Under the pieces are notes generated by a model. It did not search any database and was not told the DNA's origin. It saw nothing but the letters and a program-made list of their open reading frames with translations. The translations under genes and the position numbers were made by a program. This document shows positions 35,090-40,000 of a stretch of DNA of 40,000 bases, in pieces. Each line of letters opens with the position of its first letter. Position 1 is the first letter of the stretch. This DNA comes from Candidatus Peregrinibacteria bacterium RIFOXYA2_FULL_41_18 (GTDB lineage: Bacteria; Patescibacteriota; Gracilibacteria; UBA1369; UBA12470), in the NCBI GenBank assembly GCA_001788795.1, contig MFXH01000010.1, forward strand, positions 9,328 to 49,327, in the 5' to 3' direction.

Positions 35090-35163
35090 TAATGGAGAAA
35101 ATTTTACAAATTCCTACAAAAGAGTTATTTTTATATTTAGTGAAATTTTAAATAAAAACAAAA

Positions 35164-36330
35164 ATGAAAAAAACACTGCTCGCATGCGTTGTCGCATCTC
35201 TTCTAATTGCGACGATAATTGCTGTTCCGGCATATGCCGCGAATTTTCAAACAGGAGAGTCTGTTACGGTACAATCGCCAGTAACTGATGATCTTTATAT
35301 CGCTGGCCAAAATATCGTTGTAAGCCAAGATGTTACAGGTGATCTTTATGTCGCCGGTATGTCCGTTCAGATAAATGCTAATGTTTCCGGAGATTTGACT
35401 GTTGTGGCTCAGACAATCACTATTAACGGCAATGTAGGAGATGATACGAAACTTCTTGGCGAAAGTATCTCGCTGAATGGAAGCGTTGGAGATGATCTTA
35501 TGACAGGAGGATCGGGGTTAAACATATCGGCTACAAGTACAATCGGAGGAACGATTTATGCCTTCTCAAATACTGCCGATATAGGTGGAGTAATAACTGG
35601 TGATCTCAAGATTTTCGCAGATTCGTTATCTCTGTCGGCTCAAGTTGGCGGTGATGCTGAAATCGATTCCGGCACCTCATTATCGATAGCTGATACTGCA
35701 AAGATTAATGGCGGACTTACATACTCTTCTCCAAAAGAGTCTGAAATACCTACCGGTGTTGTCCTTGGAGAGGTCGCTTATACTAGCAATCTTGTTCCTG
35801 AAGTTGATTTGCAAAAAAACGAAAGAAGCATACAAGATGTTATGAGTGGTGTTGTCAGCCAAGTTTCAAAATTCCTGGGGCTTCTGTTTATAGGCTTCAT
35901 CATGTTGATCGGCCTACCATATTCATTTAAGACTGTTTCCGAAACAACGAAAGCAAGCCCTTTGAAAGCTCTTTGGTATGGACTTCTTTTTGTTATCGCA
36001 GTACCGGTTCTTTCATTCTTCTTGATATTTACAATTATCGGTCTTAAGTTTGCAGGAATTATGATGGTGATTTGGCTTGTTGTTTGGCCTTTTGGAAAAA
36101 TTTATGGAAGCTATTATGTTATGAGATTGCTAATCAAGCCTTCGAAAGAAGTTAAATTCTGGCGTGAATTCGGCGTCTTAACGCTCGGTTTATTTGCGCT
36201 TGTTGTAGCTCGCATGATCCCATTCGTAGGATGGATCGTTTGGTGGGGCGTTACATTTGTTGGAATCGGCGGTCTTCTATTATTGAAGTTTAAGGTCTTG
36301 GAAATGCTGAGAGGGAAGAAGATGGTTTAG
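35164..36330 (+). CDS. Exported beta-helical repeat domain (bactofilin/DUF583-like repeats) with a C-terminal multi-TM anchor
   Basis: Signal peptide ending AYA|A. There are degenerate repeats xVxGDLxVxGxxIxIxG and 4-5 C-terminal hydrophobic helices. Confidence 0.6.
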   Translation: MKKTLLACVVASLLIATIIAVPAYAANFQTGESVTVQSPVTDDLYIAGQNIVVSQDVTGDLYVAGMSVQINANVSGDLTVVAQTITINGNVGDDTKLLGESISLNGSVGDDLMTGGSGLNISATSTIGGTIYAFSNTADIGGVITGDLKIFADSLSLSAQVGGDAEIDSGTSLSIADTAKINGGLTYSSPKESEIPTGVVLGEVAYTSNLVPEVDLQKNERSIQDVMSGVVSQVSKFLGLLFIGFIMLIGLPYSFKTVSETTKASPLKALWYGLLFVIAVPVLSFFLIFTIIGLKFAGIMMVIWLVVWPFGKIYGSYYVMRLLIKPSKEVKFWREFGVLTLGLFALVVARMIPFVGWIVWWGVTFVGIGGLLLLKFKVLEMLRGKKMV

Positions 36331-36348
36331 CTGAGTGATATATTGAAA

Positions 36349-36378
36349 GAGGCTGCCTGAAAAGGTGGTCTCTTTTTT
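36349..36378 (+). terminator. Intrinsic terminator of the 35164 gene
   Basis: GAGGCTGCC-tgaaaa-GGTGGTCTC (three G-U pairs, so it folds on the plus strand only) followed by TTTTTT. Confidence 0.6.
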
Positions 36379-36432
36379 AAATCGGGACGTCCTAGGAAGT
36401 ATTGTCGTTTTTCAATGATTTTTCGATTTACG

Positions 36433-36454
36433 CAAAATTCTCCCGGGAGAGAAT
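36433..36454 (-). repeat. 22-nt palindromic hairpin repeat, copy 2 (probable terminator touching the stop of the hydrolase gene)
   Basis: The minus strand reads attctctcccgggagaattttg: a hairpin followed by a T-run, beginning at the last base of the TGA stop (36456..36454). Confidence 0.6.
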
Positions 36455-37008
36455 CACAAAATCGTTTTTAATTTCTCCATTAGCAATTCGAATTTCGTAT
36501 ATCCCGATCTCGCATTGAAATGACCCGCATCTTTTAATCTTATCAATTCCGCCCCGACTTCTTTTGCAATTTTTTCACCATTCTCCACGCAAATAAAAGG
36601 ATCGTCTTCTGAATGAAAAACAAAAAAATGTTTTGCGGATGTGCGGATTTTTCGCCAGTCGAACTCTGGTTCAACAAGTGGACGATCGACTTCGTAATAT
36701 TTGATCGGCTTTATGCCTGCGGAAGCTGCAACAAAAACTGCGGCATGAATTTTTATGTGTAATTTTTCCAGAATTCTTAACAAAAAAGCTCCTCCATAAC
36801 TGTGACCAATAAGAATCGTTCCGTTATTAAAATCTTGCTCATAAGGCTTAAGTGTTTCAAACCAATGTTTCGGTGTCTGATTTTTCGGAGTCGGGAATTT
36901 CGGAACAGATACTTTATACCCGTATTGTTCTAATTGTTTTTTCAACCACGGGAACCAGTTTTCTTCTGGATAACCTTCTGTGCCGTGGATTATGAGGGCG
37001 TTTTTCAT
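36454..37008 (-). CDS. Alpha/beta serine hydrolase, YdeN/RBBP9 family
   Basis: 184 aa with the nucleophile elbow GHSYGG. The N-terminal IIHGTEGYPEENWFPWLK is typical of the family. Its ATG overlaps the cca stop (ATGA). Confidence 0.8.
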   Translation of the reverse strand: MKNALIIHGTEGYPEENWFPWLKKQLEQYGYKVSVPKFPTPKNQTPKHWFETLKPYEQDFNNGTILIGHSYGGAFLLRILEKLHIKIHAAVFVAASAGIKPIKYYEVDRPLVEPEFDWRKIRTSAKHFFVFHSEDDPFICVENGEKIAKEVGAELIRLKDAGHFNARSGYTKFELLMEKLKTIL

Positions 37009-38309
37009 GATTTATTTTTTAACCACAGAGTCGCCTCTTTCTTCGTCTTAATCTCATGCGCCAACTGTTTCTCGCGCAGTTCTTCAAGTATCGCGCCAAT
37101 CTCCGGTCCGGGCGACATACCTAACATCTTCATAATATCTTCCCCAGCCAACAGTTTCTTAGGTTCTTTCTTGATCTTCGCGCGAGCTTCATCATAAATC
37201 GCCTTCAGCTTATTAAACATCGAGTAATCACTCGGCGTTGTGCCTGCTATATCCGCCTCGAAAACTGTCATCAAAATCGGGAATTCAGGTTTGAGAAACC
37301 AGCTTCGCTGACGACCGATCGGCATCTCGATCAACTGCTCCATCATGAAGTGATGCTTCACTCCGAACACAACTTTATTAATGAATTTTCGCGGAAATTT
37401 CAGGCGGTTTAAAATTTTAGTCGCCAGCTCTCCCGACATCTCGGCATGATGGTCGTACCGAATGCGCTCCTTCTGCTGGAATGTCTGTGGCTTCGCGATA
37501 TCGTGAAGCAATACCGCCCATTTTTCCTCGAGCGTATGAGTTGGCTTGAGCGACCCCAGTGCCTGCATCGAATGATCCCAAACATCACCTTCCTTGTGAT
37601 ACTGAAGCGGTTGCGCGACACCTTTGAGTGCAAGCACTTCCGGTAAGACGTGTTCAAGCACGCCCGTATCTTCCATGTCGTTTAGAGCCTTGACCGCGTG
37701 TTCGCTCGCGAGCATCTTATTAAGTTCGTCGCGGAGGCGTTCTTTTGACACCTTTGCCGATAAATGTGCGTGATTTTTCACAGCTTTATAAGTTTCAGGG
37801 TGATATTGGAAGTCGAGAGTATTTTTAAATCTTATCGCGCGGATTATGCGGAGGTGGTCTTCAAGTATGCGTTCGTGCGCAGTGCCGATAAATCTGATAA
37901 GTTTATCTTTTAAATCTTTCTCGCCTTCGATGAAGTCATATAGTTTTTTCTCAATAGGATCATAAAAAAGTCCGTTGATAGTGAAATCCCTACGCTTCGC
38001 GTCCTCTTCCGCGTGCGTGAACTCAATCGCGTCAGGACGGCGACCATCCGAATATCCGCTATCTGATCTGAAAGTCGCAATCTCAAAATGATGTCCGTTC
38101 TCTACCGCCAAAATCACACCGAACTCCTTCCCCACCGGAATCGTATGTTCCAATAAGGCCTCTATCTCTTCCGGCTTCGCGCTTGTTACTATATCGAAAT
38201 CTTTCGGCTCGTGTCCCAACAAGAAATCGCGAACGCAACCACCGGCCCAATATGCGGAGTGGCCTTTGGACTGAAGAAGTTCTACGATTGAGATGGAGGT
38301 GTTTTTCAT
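37005..38309 (-). CDS. cca: CCA-adding tRNA nucleotidyltransferase with an HD domain
   Basis: 434 aa with GGCVRDxLLGxxPKDFDIVT and RRDFTINGLFYD head-domain motifs plus a C-terminal HD region (LLHDIAKP). Confidence 0.9.
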   Translation of the reverse strand: MKNTSISIVELLQSKGHSAYWAGGCVRDFLLGHEPKDFDIVTSAKPEEIEALLEHTIPVGKEFGVILAVENGHHFEIATFRSDSGYSDGRRPDAIEFTHAEEDAKRRDFTINGLFYDPIEKKLYDFIEGEKDLKDKLIRFIGTAHERILEDHLRIIRAIRFKNTLDFQYHPETYKAVKNHAHLSAKVSKERLRDELNKMLASEHAVKALNDMEDTGVLEHVLPEVLALKGVAQPLQYHKEGDVWDHSMQALGSLKPTHTLEEKWAVLLHDIAKPQTFQQKERIRYDHHAEMSGELATKILNRLKFPRKFINKVVFGVKHHFMMEQLIEMPIGRQRSWFLKPEFPILMTVFEADIAGTTPSDYSMFNKLKAIYDEARAKIKKEPKKLLAGEDIMKMLGMSPGPEIGAILEELREKQLAHEIKTKKEATLWLKNKS

Positions 38310-38338
38310 TTTTTGTGTTTATCAGGTAAAATTGTAAC

Positions 38339-39358
38339 ATGAAAATTCTCGCCTTCGAAACATCTTGTGATGAAACTGCAGTTGCCGTTGTTGAAAACGG
38401 CACGAAGGTTTTGCATAGCGCGGTTTTTTCTCAAATAGATATTCATAAAGAACTTGGCGGCGTTGTGCCTGAAGTTGCCGCACGCGAGCACATCCTGAAA
38501 ATCATCCCCGTTCTGAATGAGGCGCTTGCTAAATCTGGCACGTCTCTCGAGGAAGTTGACGCCATCGCAGTCACTCGCGCTCCCGGTCTAATCAGCTCTC
38601 TTCTTACCGGAACCGTTACCGCATCTACCTTGGCACTTGCGCTTGGGAAGCCGATAATTCCCGTCAATCATATTCATGGACATATTTACGCGAACTGGCT
38701 TGATCGACATACTGAAGAGATCGAATTCCCGATTGTTGTTTTGACAGTTTCGGGCGGACATAACGAACTTGTGCTTATGAAAGAGCATTGTTCGTTTGAG
38801 ATTTTGGGTGAAACTCTTGATGATGCGGCGGGAGAGGCTTTTGATAAGGTCGCACGACTGATCGGACTTGGCTATCCCGGAGGACCTGCGATATCGAAAA
38901 CGGCTGTCGGTGGTGATAAATATAAGTTCGATTTACCACGAGCTTGGTTGAAAAATGGCAGTCTGGATTTTAGTTTTTCAGGATTAAAAAGCGCTGTTGC
39001 GCGAGTTGTTGCCTCTCATAAGATTGATGCGAAGTTTCAGGCCGATATGTCTGCAAGTTTTGAGGAGGCCGTTTGCGATGTCTTATCTTCTAAGCTCATT
39101 ACAGCTGCAAAAAAATATAAGGCAAAGGAAATCCATTTGGCCGGTGGAGTTTCCGCAAATAAAAGACTCCGAGAAGTTGTTGCAGAAAGAGCTACGCGAG
39201 ATTTTGTACTAAGGTATCCTGCAAATATGCATTATTGCACGGATAACGCCGCTATGATCGGATCTGCGGGATATTTTATGTTCGTGAAGAATCCTTCTAT
39301 TTATAGCGAGTGGAAGAATGTGAATGCGAGCGCGAGTGTTAATTCATCTGCTGTCTGA
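38339..39358 (+). CDS. tsaD: tRNA N6-adenosine threonylcarbamoyltransferase
   Basis: 339 aa with ETSCDETAVAVV, the metal site HIHGHIYA and SGGHNELV (Kae1/TsaD signature). Confidence 0.95.
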   Translation: MKILAFETSCDETAVAVVENGTKVLHSAVFSQIDIHKELGGVVPEVAAREHILKIIPVLNEALAKSGTSLEEVDAIAVTRAPGLISSLLTGTVTASTLALALGKPIIPVNHIHGHIYANWLDRHTEEIEFPIVVLTVSGGHNELVLMKEHCSFEILGETLDDAAGEAFDKVARLIGLGYPGGPAISKTAVGGDKYKFDLPRAWLKNGSLDFSFSGLKSAVARVVASHKIDAKFQADMSASFEEAVCDVLSSKLITAAKKYKAKEIHLAGGVSANKRLREVVAERATRDFVLRYPANMHYCTDNAAMIGSAGYFMFVKNPSIYSEWKNVNASASVNSSAV

Positions 39359-39391
39359 TCCTTGCTGTTTGCGGTCTGTCTTAAAAAGCAT

Positions 39392-39419
39392 TTTACTTAA
39401 TCCGTAAAACAAGTATAAT
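39392..39419 (+). promoter_or_regulatory. Putative hisS promoter TTTACT-16-TATAAT
   Basis: The hexamers are at 39392..39397 and 39414..39419, with the ATG 36 nt downstream. Confidence 0.45.
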
Positions 39420-39454
39420 TTACCTTAGGCTTTTTATCCTTAAACTTTTTCCAG

Positions 39455-40000
39455 ATGTCTGACGAAGGAAATCCGCAACAAGCACCAACCGCTCATAAGC
39501 TTCAAACTCCGATCGGAATGCACGATATCCTTCCTGATGATCATGAGTTTTTTACATTTATTAAAAAAGTTGTCAGACATCGAGCGAGACAATGCGGATT
39601 TCGACGCATTACAACTCCAATACTGGAAGCTACAGAAGTATTTCAGCGTGGCATTGGCGATGCGACTGATATTGTCGATAAAGAGATGTACACATTTACT
39701 GATAAAGGCGATCGAAGCATGACCCTAAAGCCCGAAGGCACCGCCGGTGTTGTCAGATCTTATATAGAACATGGTATGAAGGAGTTGCCTCAACCGGTTC
39801 AGCTCTATTATATAGAGCCTCATTTCCGCTACGACAAGCCTCAAAAAGGACGATATCGACAATTCTGGCAGTTCGGAATCGAGATTATAGGTGAAACCGA
39901 TCCTGCTCTCGATGCGCAAATAATAGATCTTGCAAATAGAATCAATGAAGATCTCGGGATTGCCCATCTTTTCCAAATCCAAATCAATAATATCGGCTGT
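39455..40000 (+). CDS. hisS: Histidine--tRNA ligase, N-terminal 182 codons (runs off the window end)
   Basis: ATG at 39455, open to position 40000. It has class II motif 1 and the HisA region (GMHDILP...EMYTFTDKGDRSMTLKPEGTAGVVR...FRYDKPQKGRYRQFWQFG). Confidence 0.93.
   Translation, partial: MSDEGNPQQAPTAHKLQTPIGMHDILPDDHEFFTFIKKVVRHRARQCGFRRITTPILEATEVFQRGIGDATDIVDKEMYTFTDKGDRSMTLKPEGTAGVVRSYIEHGMKELPQPVQLYYIEPHFRYDKPQKGRYRQFWQFGIEIIGETDPALDAQIIDLANRINEDLGIAHLFQIQINNIGC

Noticed and set aside
9-36454. 36-kb segment bounded by 22-bp inverted repeats as a possible composite transposon or invertible segment
   Set aside because: The content is core housekeeping (leuS, rpsO-pnp, ilv, rlmH and others). 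There is no transposase or recombinase. The repeat is a short self-palindromic hairpin, better explained as a dispersed terminator-like element.

Overview
This window looks like a gene-dense, moderately AT-rich stretch of a small bacterial chromosome read with the standard code. The phylum is not determinable from the sequence. Gene content, SLH/CARDB surface proteins and the lack of Shine-Dalgarno sites would fit an uncultivated small-genome lineage, but that is inference. I support about 38 CDS, one tRNA-Gly(GCC), several intrinsic terminators and a few sigma70-like promoters of the form TTGaca-16/17-TAAAAT/TATAAT. Housekeeping genes are leuS, corA, rpsO-pnp, rlmH, an rlmD-like gene, cca, tsaD, partial hisS, a beta-CASP nuclease, a GNAT and a CapA-like protein. 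There is a cell-surface cluster (SLH+GH114, two lipoproteins, a large CARDB/SLH protein). There is also a minus-strand branched-chain amino-acid operon: thrC-like, ilvD, ilvB, ilvN, ridA, ilvC. I found no mobile element, CRISPR array or obvious defence island. The signals most worth a second look are these. (1) A 15-codon Ile-rich leader peptide (MKNVSIIGIIINTRY) with mutually exclusive antiterminator and terminator hairpins sits upstream of the ilv operon. (2) The first operon gene is a threonine-synthase-like PLP enzyme fused to a LeuA-type allosteric domain. It sits in an operon with ridA, and the window has no ilvA. (3) A roughly 64-nt two-hairpin element is inserted in frame inside ilvD. 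A sibling copy abuts the CCA end of tRNA-Gly, and one stem base pair differs by a compensatory change. (4) Purine-rich tandem-word modules, (GGRGAAGTW)n-GTGACRTAG and TAAGGAnCAAGACACAAGACACAGA, sit on or just after the stop codons of five plus-strand genes. One of them is translated as a C-terminal tail. (5) Shine-Dalgarno motifs are absent throughout, leaders are G-poor and built from short repeated words, and two divergent gene pairs are only 19 and 29 bp apart. Product calls rest on motifs I recognise by eye; no database search was possible.
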